Assembly: GCF_039654945.1 (NCBI RefSeq)
Contig: NW_027361772.1
Coordinates: 8,122,001-8,186,000 of the forward strand
Direction: 5' to 3'
DNA: 64,000 nt
From: Dendrobates tinctorius
Lineage: Eukaryota
Shown one piece after another: positions 1 to 11,537 of the stretch (its first letter is position 1; each line of letters starts with the position of its first letter). The translations under genes were made by a program, and so were the position numbers. A model generated the notes under the pieces. The model ran no database searches. It saw only the letters and a list, made by a program, of their open reading frames with translations, and was not told the origin of the DNA.

Positions 1-924
1 CGGCACCCCACCACCGACACTACAACAACATGGGTGGTCCTAAGAAAAGACCGTGAACTGTCCTGGGCCTCCCCTGCCTGAACTTATATGCAACTGCAAC
101 ATGGCCCACCCCTGAGGGGTTCGGATACTGGCCTGGTATGGAGGAGTAGGAAGAAGACACCGCCCCCAGAAGGAGGAGCAAGTGTCGGTGGCGGGAAAAG
201 AACCCAAGAAGGAGGAAGAACGCCATGATGGAGGAAGGACGGAGGCCAGGAGAACGCCAGGGAGAGTGACCACTTGCTCCCAAGCTGCACCTGCGGGGCA
301 TATGGCCGCTGCGATACCATCTACAGCGCCCACCTCTACCTCCAACCCGATACTGCCACTGGATGCGGCCTGCCAGAAGGAGGTATATGAGAGTCCCGGA
401 GCAAGCAGTAGAGCCGGGGCTGAGGTCCTACTCTGACTTGCTGCAGCCATGCAGGTCCATCCCGCAGGCTTTGGCAGGCGCCGATCCGGTAACGGCTTTG
501 GCTCAGCTGCCGGCCGCTCATCAGGCAGCCCTGGAGGTTGCAGCAGCCATCATCCGCCCCCCCTGTCCCCGCGCAGGAGCCCGAACATCACCGGGAATCA
601 CCAGGTAGAATCACTGCCATGGCTATGATCCTGGTATTAGGGACTGCTCCCATGGACAGAAATGGGCCCGTGAATGCTTGGATATCAAGTGGCAGCACCC
701 AAATTGCACCATGACAGCAGCAACCGGCAGCAACACTGCTAACTGTGGTACCACCTGAAACTGGGGAACAACATCCACTAGTACCAGCTGCAACTCCTGC
801 AGAATCACTGGCAGCAGAGATATCATCAGCAGCAGCTGAAATGCTACCCTCACAAGCAGCAGTTACTCCCGTTACCGTTCCATCTACACAGGCAGATACT
901 AACCTCACTTCCTGGGAGAGGGAA

Positions 925-1343
925 TGTAACAGAGTCTTCCAAGCTGGGGTACCTCTTTCAGTACCACCCCGTGTTTTCGGAGGTCCGCTCTGCGTTGGCT
1001 GGAGTCTGAATGAATGACGCTGGCTGGAATTCCTCTGAGTGCATGGGCGCATATAAAAGATCACTGCTTCTCCATGTATTTCCAGTCTGACAACACTTTA
1101 CTCACAGGACACAGAATATATATCACACAGATACAGAGGGCCGGCCAATAGACAAGCGTCAGGCCAGACATGCATTACAAAAGCCGCAGGTGGCCAGAGC
1201 CTGCGGATGTTTACTGTGGGAATTACAAAGGTGGGAGGAGGGCGGACACTGCTGATACATTAGGGACATGCATCTCACATGGAACCTATTATATATAAAT
1301 ATAACTGCACAACATATTCTGGGTGCTGAGTGGTTCTGTAACA
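925..1343. mobile_element. Solo LTR (419 bp) inserted in the copy A ORF
   Basis: TGTAACAGA...TCTGTAACA termini; 5-bp TSD GGGAA (920-924, 1344-1348); absent from the homologous site in copy B (~8490-8520). Confidence 0.85.
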
Positions 1344-1782
1344 GGGAATACATGCAATTTGTGGACAATCAGCAAAAAGAGGATGCCCTGCAGTTCTCTC
1401 CTGGAAGCAGCCCAAGCGAGCCGCTTCCACGACCCCAGGAGGGGACCAGCATTAATAATAACTAATTATCTGTTACCCTGGAGGGTATAGGCACTGTTAT
1501 GCCTTTTTCATTTTTTTCATTTTTGGTTTTGGTTCATCATGTTGTTCTAGTTTGCCTAGTTTCCTTGGCAGCCTTTTATACTTGAACTGTGAGATCATGG
1601 TCAATGAATGATCCAGAACTGACCTGTACATAGTTGCACCTCTTTAGGTGCCCTTTCTTGGTTTTACATAGACCTGCTTTAATAAGGACATTTCAAGACA
1701 TTTTGGCTGGATCAATGTCTACTTGCACTTAATAATAATGTTTAGCATTTTAATAGAGAAAGTAAATAGTGATAGTATTTAA

Positions 1783-3064
1783 CCCCTTAATGTCCAATGA
1801 CGGACACAGTCCGTCATCAGACATTTCCCCTGCTTTGATGAGGGCTCCGGCGCTGAGCCCGCATCAAAAGCCGGGACATGTCAGCTGTTATGAACAGCTG
1901 ACATGTGCCCGCAATAGGCGCGAGCGGAATCGCCGTCCGCCCGCGCCTATTAACTAGTTAAATGCCGCTGTCAAAGCTGACAGCGAGCATTTAAATAGCA
2001 TTTCCGGCCGCCGGGCCGGAAATGACCTCATCGCCGACCCCGTCACGTGATCGCGGGTCGGCGTCATGTTGCCTGGACAACCAGAGGTCTCTATGAGACC
2101 TCTATGGTTGTTCCAGGCATATGGCTTTCAGCGCCACCCGGTGGTCGGCACTGAAAGCACAGCAGTAAATCTGCTACATATGGGCGATCTGCTCATCGCC
2201 CATATGTAGCAGAGCCAATCGGGTTGCGCAAGCTTCTAGCCTCCTATGGAGGCTATTGAAGCATGCCAAAAGTAAAAAAAAAAATGTTTAAAAATAAAAA
2301 AAATTTAAAAAAACCTAAAAGTTCAAATCACCCCCCTTTCTCCCCAATCAAAATAAAACAGTAAAAAAAAAAATCCCACATACACATATTAGGTATCGCC
2401 GCGTTCAGAATCGCCCGATCTATCAATAAAAAAAAGCATTAACCCGATCGCTAAACGGCGTAGCGAGAAAAAAATTCAAAACGCCAGAATTACGTTTTTT
2501 TGGTCACCAAGACATTGCATTAAAATGCAATAACGGGCGATCAAAAGAACGTATCTGCACAAAAGTGGTATCATTAAAAATGTCAGTCCGGCACAGAAAA
2601 AATAAGCCCTCACCCGACCCCAGATCATGAAAAATGGAGACGCTACGAGTCTCGGAAAATTGCGCAAATTTTTTTTTTTTTTTTTAGCAAACTTTGTAAT
2701 TTTTTTTCACCACTTAGATAAAAGAGGACATAGACATGTTTGGTGTCTATGAACTCGTAATGACCTGGAGAATCATAATGGCAGGTCAGATTTAGCATCT
2801 AGTGAACCTAACAAAAAAGCCAAGCAAAAAACAAGTGTGGGATTGCACTTTTTTTGCAATTTCACCGCACTTGGAATTTTTTTCCCGTTTTCGAGTACAC
2901 GATATGGTAAAACCAATGATGTCATTTAAAAGTAAAACTCGTCCCGCAAAAAATAAGCCCTCACATGGCCATATAAACGGAAAAATAAAAAAGTTATGGC
3001 TCTGGAAAGAAGGGGAGGGAAAAATGAAAATGTAAAACCAAAAATACCCCTGGTCGTTAAGGGG
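1783..3064. mobile_element. piggyBac-like non-autonomous DNA transposon
   Basis: TTAA on both sides (1779-1782, 3065-3068); TIRs CCCCTTAATGTCCA / TGGTCGTTAAGGGG; no transposase ORF. Confidence 0.88.
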
Positions 3065-4802
3065 TTAATAAAGAAATAGAACAGATCTTATATAGGAATA
3101 GTGAATGTTTTGCAGAGTATAGACTCATGTTAATGTATGAATAAAGATGAAAATTTGAATGAAGCTTGAAAATGCAGGTGACGAACCAGGCATCAGCGGT
3201 TGTCACCTAGGGTTTAGAAGTCTAGAAGTAATAGTAAATGTGTTAATGATAATACTTGAACTGGTAGTGAGTTTACTGCCGATAGCACTTTGATTAGGTA
3301 CTATATTTTGACATAGTTAGTTAAATTGTTTACAACGTTTAAGAGTCAGTGTCTCCCACATTGGGAAGTTTAGATAAGCATTGTTCATTAAGCATTCAAA
3401 AATTTTTTTGTATGTTCCTTTGTTTGTCTAACCTTGTTTCACTTGCAGCCCGCGGACGTGCTGTGTTTAATGGGGGGGTATGTGGCGCCCCTGAGGGTTC
3501 AGTCGCCACAGAGGTACTGCACCTCCTCCTGAGGTATGGTACCCCACCATTCAGGTAAGGTGGAGACACCTGACCACACTCCAACACCTGCATCCCACAC
3601 AACACATTAGTGTAGCAAAGCACCCTTTGGTGGCTCCCTGCTTGGAACACGAAGCGTGCTGGGAGGTGGGTGGAGTTTAGTTGGCACCAAAAGAGCGGGA
3701 AGAGTTTAGGATTTAGTCAGTCTGACAGAGTCAGAGGAAGAGTGAAGATCCCCTGAGTGGGATGGATGAAGGAAGTGCTGCAGCCGACATCAGTGACCTG
3801 GGTCCGCTGGCACAGGAAAGAGACATTGATGGAAAGCTTGACTCTCTCCATAAGAAGGAAGGATTAGTACGGAACGTGAGGAGAGGCGGACTAAGGATTA
3901 GGGTTAGAGCAGAACCCTTCCCAAGTTCACAGCGCAAAGCCAGGGTCTGGTCCCCGAGGTTGTATGGATACTAATGGTCCTGCAGCAGACACCGAAGGAA
4001 TAGAAGTTGTCACCACTTTATTCCTACACAAGACTTGGGGGCACAACAGCAACGAGAGTGAGCCGGGACTTAGTAGCAGGGAGTCCCTGAGGCAGGCTAC
4101 AGCTGTCTGGTGTACAGGTAGAGTTCATTGGAACATCTGACAGAAGGAACTCCAGTGTAACTCAGTACTGGGAGTACATCACTTTAGGCGCAAAAGGGAG
4201 ACGTTCAGAAAAGGCACATACGTTGGTGGAGTATGGGGAGTACTTCATTTTGCCTGGAAGTTGGCTGAGCCCCTGACCTGGAGGACACGGTACCGAGGCG
4301 GGCACCTGTATGCTCAACAGACTGAGTAAAGCTTTGGAACTACATGCCCTGGTGTCCTCTGCTTATTACTGCATCAACCCACTCAGCACTGCTACATCTC
4401 GGTGCCGGACACTACACTCTCTCCCTTAACACCTATCTTCTTCATCTACTCTGCCCTGGGACATCAGCCCTGCCTGTGGAGGGCTACACCATCAGTGCTG
4501 CACCACACCATCTGTCCCAGAGGATCTGTCTGCAGCGTCGGCTTAACATCTTCAGAGCCAAACACCACAGGTGGCGTAACGAATCATTCACTCATAAACT
4601 CTAATCATATCTACACACTCAACATTCCCCTTTTTACAATGGACGCCCAGGGCCACGGACCAGGTCACAGCTACCGTGACATCTCCCATTTAAATCCACC
4701 GGGCCCGGCTCCGAGTACCCCACGGCCCTGGCACAGGGCGATCCATTTGTGCTGTGCCTTTAATACCAAAAACAAAAAACAAAACTCCAAAAACATACTG
4801 AT

Positions 4803-4920
4803 AGGGAATCTAGATTGTGAGCCCCATCGGGGACAGTGATGAAAATATGTGCAAACTGTAAAGCGCTGCGGAATATGTTAGCGCTATATAAAAATAAAGA
4901 TTATTATTATTATATTATTA
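4803..4920 (+). mobile_element. L2-type LINE/SINE 3' tail
   Basis: GTAAAGCGCTGCGGAATATGTTAGCGCTATATAAAAATAAAG stem-loop followed by (ATT)n; same tail as 11402-11537. Confidence 0.75.
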
Positions 4921-5154
4921 CCGTTTAACTCTTTTATCTCCCTGCGTGGAGTAATTTCCCCTGTAAATAAACCTGTTAACCCTTGGTCTGCCTCCTGAGT
5001 ATTGCAGCATCCCACATTCCTGCTAGAAGCTCACACTATCAGAGATAATAAGAAATTCTGAAGAAGCGATAACATGTAATATATTTGATTCATGCAAAAA
5101 ATGAGTCTAAACAGCTAGCGAAGGGAGCAACAGTTGTGTGAATTGTAATTGTTA

Positions 5155-5332
5155 GGCCATGTTTCCACGTTCAGTATTTGATGACTATTTACCTCAGTAT
5201 CTGTAAGCCAAAACCAGGAGTGGGTGATAAATACAGAAGTGGTGACGTGTTTCTATTAGACTTTTACTCTGATTTTGGCTAACAAACACTGATGTAAAAT
5301 GCTGACCAAATACTGAACATGTGAACGTGGCC
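5155..5332. mobile_element. Harbinger/Tourist-like MITE
   Basis: TIRs GGCCATGTTTCCACGTTCAGTATTTG / CAAATACTGAACATGTGAACGTGGCC; TTA/TAA flanks. Confidence 0.7.
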
Positions 5333-7106
5333 TAAGGGAGACATTTTCTCTTTTTGGAAGCTCTGCAATAGTTATGATCAGAGTTGTCATACTAAATATC
5401 AGCAGAAATCTGCCATCTTGTTTGTGTTCCATTTGCCTTGATAGAATCCTAGAATGTTATAGTTGTTATGGACCCAGGGCCAGCGTTAGGGGCAGGCAGA
5501 CCAGGCAGCAGCCTAGTGTCCCCACTTCCCTAGGGGCCCCCAACTAGCGGCACATCACATAGCCGCTATGGGGCCTCTGCGAGGCAGGGGGGCCCACCTG
5601 CCACCAGCACCGACTCCCCCCGCCGCCGGCCCATTGTACTATACCGGTGTCTGCCGGTACAGTTCAAAGCAATGATGGAGGAGAGAGCGTCAGCTGATGC
5701 TCCTCTCCCATTATTCCACCAACTGCCTCTGACACTGTGGGTGCACGATGACATCATCGCTCACTCACTGTGTGCCGGCAGTGCAGCCGCTGAGCTGGGA
5801 GCAGCGCGGGCACGAGGAGAGGTGAGGATTGTGTTGTTTTTTTTTTACTATAATGTGGCGCCCCTGAGGGTTCAGTCGCCACAGAGGTACTGCACCTCCT
5901 CCTGAGGTGTGGTACCCCACTATTCAGGTAAGGTGGAGTCACCTGACCACACTCCAACACCTGCATCCCACAAAACACAGTAGTGTAGCAAAGCACCCTT
6001 TGGTGGCTCCCTGCTTGGAACACGAAGCGTGCTGGGAGGCGGTTGGAGCTTAGCTTGCACCAAAAGAGCGGGAAGAGGATAGGATTTAGTCAGTCTGTGA
6101 GAGGAGATCCCCTGAGTGGGATGGATGAAGGAAGTGCTGCAGCCGACCTCAGTGATCTGGGTCCGCTGGCACAGGAAGGGAACATTAATAGAAAGCCTGA
6201 CTCTCCATAAGAAGGAAAGAATTAGTACGGAACGTGAGGAGAAGAAGAGAACCAAGGATCAGGGTTAGAGGAGAACCCTTCCCAAGTTCCAAGCGCAAGG
6301 CCGGGGTCTGGTCCCCGAGGTTGTATGGATACTAATGGTTCTGCAGCAGACACCGGAGGAATAGAAGTTGTCACCACTTTATTCCCACACAAGACTTGGG
6401 GGCACAACAGCAACGATAGTGAGCCGGGACTAGGTAGTAAGGAGTCCCCGAAGCAGGCTACAGCTGTCTGCCGTACAAGTAGAGTTCATAGGAACATCTG
6501 ACATGAGGAACTCCAGTGTAACTCAGTACTGGGAGTACTTCACTAAAGGCGCTAAGAGGGAGATATTCAGAAAAGGCACATATGTTGGCGGAGTGTTGGA
6601 AAGGAGCACTTCATCTTGCCTGGAAGTTGGCTGAGCTCCTGACCCGGAGGACACGGCACGGATGCGGGCTCTTGTGCCACAACAGACTGTGAGTAAAGCT
6701 TTGGAACTACATGTCCCGGTGTCCTCCACTTATTCCTGCGTCAACCTGCCCAGCACTGCTACATCCCCTGCGCCCGACACTACACCATCTAAGAGTCACT
6801 TCATCTCACTGCCATGGGACTACAGCCCTGTCTGTGGAGGGCTATAACATCATTGCTGCACCACACCATCTGTCCCAGAGGATCTGTCTGCAGCGTCGGC
6901 TCAACATCTTCATTGCAGAACACCACAGGTGGCGTCACGACTCATTCATTCATAAACTCTAATCATCATAAGCACACTGAACATTCCCCCCTTTTTATAA
7001 TGGGCGCCCAGGGCCGCGGGCCGGGTCCCAGCTGCTGTGACATCTCCCATTGAAGCTCATCGGGCCCGGTACGAGTACCCCAGTGCCCTGGGAGGGCGAC
7101 CCAACT

Positions 7107-7124
7107 TGGCGTCACGAACAGGAT
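7107..7124 (+). promoter_or_regulatory. Primer-binding site, tRNA-Ser (CGA-type)
   Basis: TGGCGTCACGAACAGGAT, 3 nt after the LTR's CA. It is the complement of ATCCTGTTCGTGACG-CCA, the 3' end of a vertebrate tRNA-Ser(CGA) as I recall it. Confidence 0.85.
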
Positions 7125-7268
7125 GATGAAGCCCGGTGCCACCGGGTTCTGTGTGCCTGCGATTTATTGGACTTAAAAATTTGTGGAAATGTGCAAAAAC
7201 CCAATTTGATAGACTGTAAAATGAACTCTAAAAATGGCCGCCGGCGTGGAGAAGAAGGGCGTGACAAC

Positions 7269-8639
7269 ATGGGTGGTCCTAAGAAAAGACCGCGAGCTGT
7301 CCTGGGCCTCCCCTGCCTGAACTTCTATGCAACCACAACATGGCCCACCCCCCGAGGGGTTCGGATACTGGCTTGGTATGGAGGAGTAGGAAGAAGACGC
7401 CGCCCCCAGAAGGAGGAGCGAGAGCCGGTGGCGGGAAAAAAGTCCAGACAGGAAGAAGAAGAAGGAGAGAGCGCCATGAAGGAATGAGATAGGAGGCCTG
7501 AAGAGCGAAGGGAGGGTGAGCTGAATCTCCCCGGCGTAATGGCTGAAGGCTCCGATCTGGCTTCCGGCAAGAGCCGTCAGCAGCTGGAGGATGAGATAGC
7601 CCAGCTGACCACCCGTCTGCGACTGAGGCAGGAGGCCTTATGGAGGATGAACTGGCAGCACGCCCAGGAGGGGCCTCCATCAGCGGTACCCCAGTCACCG
7701 GTACCCGCCACTGCTGCACCGGATCTCCCCCAGGCGAACCCTGTAGAGCCTGCGGCCACTGCAATATCACCATCTATCACCATCTCCCCGCTGTCATCAC
7801 CGCTGGGTGAGGCCTGCCAGGAGGAGTTGGCCGAGGGCCTGGGAGCTGAAGTGGAGGAAGAAGTTGAGCTCCCACCTGGACCTGACGCGGCTGCGCAGGT
7901 CCCACCAGAGACCCCTGCGGACTCGGAGCCGCCGGCTGCCTCACCATCGTCTCCGACCTTGAGTCCGGCGGCACCAGTGAACATTGTACGCCGTCGGGAG
8001 GCTCCAGGTATGATCGCTACCCCTCCCAACGGGTTACCCCTCGAGTTTTCATATAGTGAGGCCAGCATGCTTGAACTCCACATGGGACAAATAGATGAGC
8101 TATGCTCTCAATTCAGAAGCACTAAGTTTACTGCAATGGGGAAGTGAAAGAAATCCCTGCTGAAAAGAGTGAGACTGGAGCAGGCACGTCCCATCCGACA
8201 TCTTCTGTTCTCAGCAGAAGAGGCTGAGCAGCTGAGGGGTGTCACTGTACATCATGGGTTTCCTTTGCCACAAATTCAGGACCCCCGCCTCAAGCCCTAC
8301 AAGCGCCCACAGACACCGGTACCACCAGATGTCAAGCCAAAAATCAAGGCAGTGGTGCCGTTAACTGCAGTACCACCTGAAATTGAGGAACCATATCCAT
8401 TGGTACCAATTGCAACTTCCGCAGAATTACAGGCAGCAGAGATATCACCAGCAGCAGTTGATGTGCTACCTACACCAGTAGATGCCAACCTCACTCCAGG
8501 AGAAAAAGAGTACCTGCAACTTGTAAACAGTCAACAGGAAAAGGATGTCCAGAAGTTCTCCCCTGGAAGCAGCAGCCCAAGTCAACAGCTTCCAGCACCC
8601 CAGGAGGGGAACACCAACACTAAAGGAGAAAATAACTAA
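7269..8639 (+). pseudogene. Internal ORF of the non-autonomous LTR element (coiled-coil plus Pro/Glu-rich, possibly gag-derived), with two in-frame TGA stops
   Basis: Track ORFs 7050-7487, 7539-8147 and 8169-8639 are in one frame and are separated only by TGA at 7485 and 8145, compatible with CGA>TGA decay. Heptad-like segment RQQLEDEIAQLTTRLRLRQEALWR. Confidence 0.6.
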
Positions 8640-10175
8640 CTCTGCTACCCAGGAGGGTATTTGCACCATTGTGCCTGTTTTTCTATTTTTTTTGGCTATC
8701 ATGATGTTTCCAGTTGTGTTGCCCAGCTTTATTGGCAGCGTTTTTCTTATTGAACTGCAGTGGTCATGAACTTGGAGTGAATCACAAACTTTATTGTATA
8801 TAGTTGCACCTCTTTAGGTGCCCTTTCTTGGTTTTACATAAGTCTTTTAAGAATAAGGACTACCTCATTAAGAATAAGGACATTTCAAGACATCTTGGCT
8901 GGATCAATGTCTATATTGCACTTATTAATAATGTCTAGCATTTTTGATAGAGAAAGTAAATAGTGAATGTTTTATAGAATTTAGACCAATGCTTTGAGAT
9001 TTGAATAAAGGTTTGAAAAACTTGCAGGTGACGAACCCGGCATCAGCGATTGTCACTTAAGGTTAATAATAGGAAGTAGAAAATGTGAGAGAAGAGATGA
9101 AGAAGAAATGTGTTGATGAAGAATACTTGAAGTGGTAGTGAGTTACTGCCAATAGCACTTTTGAATTAGGTACTGTATTAAAACATAGATAGTTAGTTGA
9201 AATTGTTTGTAATTTTCAAGAAACAGTGCCTCTCATATTGAAAAGATTAGATAAGAATTGTTTACTAAGCATTACAAAAATTTTTGTATGTTCCTGTATT
9301 TGTCAACCTTTGTTTTTTTGCAGCCCGCGGACGTGCTGTGTTTAACGGGGGGTATGTGGTGCCCCTGAGGATTCAGTCACCACAGAGGTACTGCACCTCC
9401 TCCTGAGGTGTGGTACTGCACTATTCAGGTAAGGTGGTGACACCTGACCACATGCCAACACCTGCATCCCACACAACATAGTAGTGTAGCAAAGTGTTAT
9501 GATGAGTCACCAAAGGAGGAAGAAACAAAATACCAGCTAAGTCCAGAAAAACCAGAGAGGTTGGCAGCTATCGGATTGCAGACCCCTGAACCTATCCACA
9601 ACAACTAGCAGTAGCCATGGGGGGTTCCTACGGTGCCCTAGACCCCTCAATCACAGCCGGAGAACTATATAGCCTAAAGACAGAAAGGGGAAAAACTAAA
9701 CTGCCCCAGAGCAGACCCCAAAGCAAAAGGCAGCCCCCAACATTTAATGACGGTGAAGCAAGATGAAAACACTAACACAGATAGAAAGATAGTTTGAGCA
9801 AATGATGGGGCCCAAGCTAACTACATAGGACAGGATAGGAAAGCTGCTCTCTGCCATCCGCAAAAACCCTATCAAAATGAGCCAACCGACTGATAGGAAA
9901 AACAGGCCCTGAAGTCGCTAGGCTTCAAAAGACTATATCAGCACTCAGGTATATTCTGAAGACAGAGCAAAATATCAACAGATCAGAGACAAAAATGGAG
10001 TTCAGCTCACCCCCGGCTGGGGATGGCAGAACTCCCAAAAAACAAGGCAAAACAAAAACCAAACTGAAGAGTACAAAGCAGAGCAGGAAAACTTAGCATT
10101 GAGATGCAGGAATCAGACTGGTCTCCAAGCATCCAGCAGGAAAATCACCAGCCAGGAAGAAGGGCGTCGGCAGCC

Positions 10176-11393
10176 TTATATCCAGTCCTCAATTCCAGCC
10201 ACCCAGTCATCATCTAGCTGCCCATGTGTTTGGTAATCAGCCTCACTACCTTCCTTCACCAGAGGAGGGAGTTCATCAGACCTCAATGGTGAAGGGAAAA
10301 ATGAACTCACAACAGTACCTCCCCCTTGAGGAGGGGTCACCGAACCCTCATCCATGCCACCAGGGCGATCCGGGTGAGCCCGATGAAAGGCATGCACCAA
10401 TCTTTCGGCATGAATATCAGAGGCAGAGACCCAGGAATTATCCTCCTGACCATAACCCTTCCACTTAACCAAATAATGGAGTCTCCGTCTAGCCAGATGG
10501 GAATCCAGTAGCTTCTCTACCTCATATTCCATGTTACCTTCAACCAATATAGGGTCCGGAGGTGCCACCACAGGAACTACTGGTTCAACAAAATTCTTCA
10601 ACAAGGAACTATGAAACACATTATGAATTTTAAATGTGACAGGAAGAGCCAACCGAAAAGAGACCGGATTAATAATCTCCAAAATCTTGTAAGGTCCAAT
10701 AAATCTAGGCTTAAACTGAGGAGAAGCCACCTTCATAGCGATATTTTTTGATGACAACCAAACCATATCACCCACCTTAAACTGGGGACCAACGGTCCTA
10801 AGCCGGTTGGAAAACCGCTGGGCCTTTTCCTGGGAGAGAGACAACTTATCCACTACTTGGTCCCAGATCTGGTGCATTCTCTCCACCACAGTGTCAACAC
10901 CTGGGCAGGCAGAAGGCTCCACCTGCCATGAAGAAAATCGAGGGTGAAAACCAAAGTTACAAAAAAAAGGTGACATCAAAGTGGCAGAACTATCTCTATT
11001 ATTTAAAGCAAATTTGGCCAAGGGCAAAAATGAAACCCAATCATCCTGATCGGCAGAAATAAAACATCTCAAATACGACTCCAAAGTCTGGTTTGTTCTC
11101 TCTGTTTGCCCATTGCTCTGAGGGTGAAAAGCAGAGGAGAAGGACAACTGAATTCCCAGCTTGGAACAGAAAGTCCTCCAAAATCTAGACACAAACTGAA
11201 CTCCTCTGTCAGATACAATGTTCTCAGGAATCCCGTGCAAGCGAACCTCCTGTTGCAAAAACAAGGGCACCAACTCAGAGGAAGATGGCAACTTAGGGAG
11301 TGGTACAAGATGGACCATCTTAGAGAATCTATCACAAATCACCCAAATAACAGTCATTCTCTGAGAGACAGGCATATCAGAGATAAAATCCAT
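10176..11393 (-). CDS. Pol C-terminal part: integrase core, GPY/F motif, chromodomain; reads into the 3' LTR
   Basis: MDFI...DRFSKM...SDRG...GQTER (DDE core); FIGPYKI; YEVEKLLDSH..LHYLVKWKGYGQEDNSW (chromodomain). Confidence 0.95.
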   Translation of the reverse strand: MDFISDMPVSQRMTVIWVICDRFSKMVHLVPLPKLPSSSELVPLFLQQEVRLHGIPENIVSDRGVQFVSRFWRTFCSKLGIQLSFSSAFHPQSNGQTERTNQTLESYLRCFISADQDDWVSFLPLAKFALNNRDSSATLMSPFFCNFGFHPRFSSWQVEPSACPGVDTVVERMHQIWDQVVDKLSLSQEKAQRFSNRLRTVGPQFKVGDMVWLSSKNIAMKVASPQFKPRFIGPYKILEIINPVSFRLALPVTFKIHNVFHSSLLKNFVEPVVPVVAPPDPILVEGNMEYEVEKLLDSHLARRRLHYLVKWKGYGQEDNSWVSASDIHAERLVHAFHRAHPDRPGGMDEGSVTPPQGGGTVVSSFFPSPLRSDELPPLVKEGSEADYQTHGQLDDDWVAGIEDWI

Positions 11394-11401
11394 TGAAATA
11401 T

Positions 11402-11537
11402 CGTCTTATTTTGCTTTAATTTTTGTATTGTTAGCGTTGTTACTTATGACTTGTGTTTTGAAACTGTTAAACTGTAAAGCGCTGCGGAATATGTTGGCGC
11501 TATATAAATAAAGATTATTATTATTATTATTATTATT
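11402..11537 (+). mobile_element. L2-type 3' tail (136 bp) disrupting the chromovirus integrase
   Basis: GTAAAGCGCTGCGGAATATGTTGGCGCTATATAAATAAAG + (ATT)n; duplication AAATAT at 11396-11401 and 11538-11543; removal restores ...WTHISMDFI... Confidence 0.9.

Larger units (their letters stand above)
1..4745 (+). mobile_element. Non-autonomous (pol-less) LTR retrotransposon, copy A; 5' part lies outside the window
   Basis: Internal region is homologous to 7260-9354 (shared ACAACATGGGTGGTCCTAAGAAAAGACC start and shared 3' region). Polypurine tract GGGGGGGTA ends at 3480. The 3' LTR 3481-4745 runs TGTGGCG...GGGCGATCCA and is homologous to 5854-7103. Confidence 0.88.
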
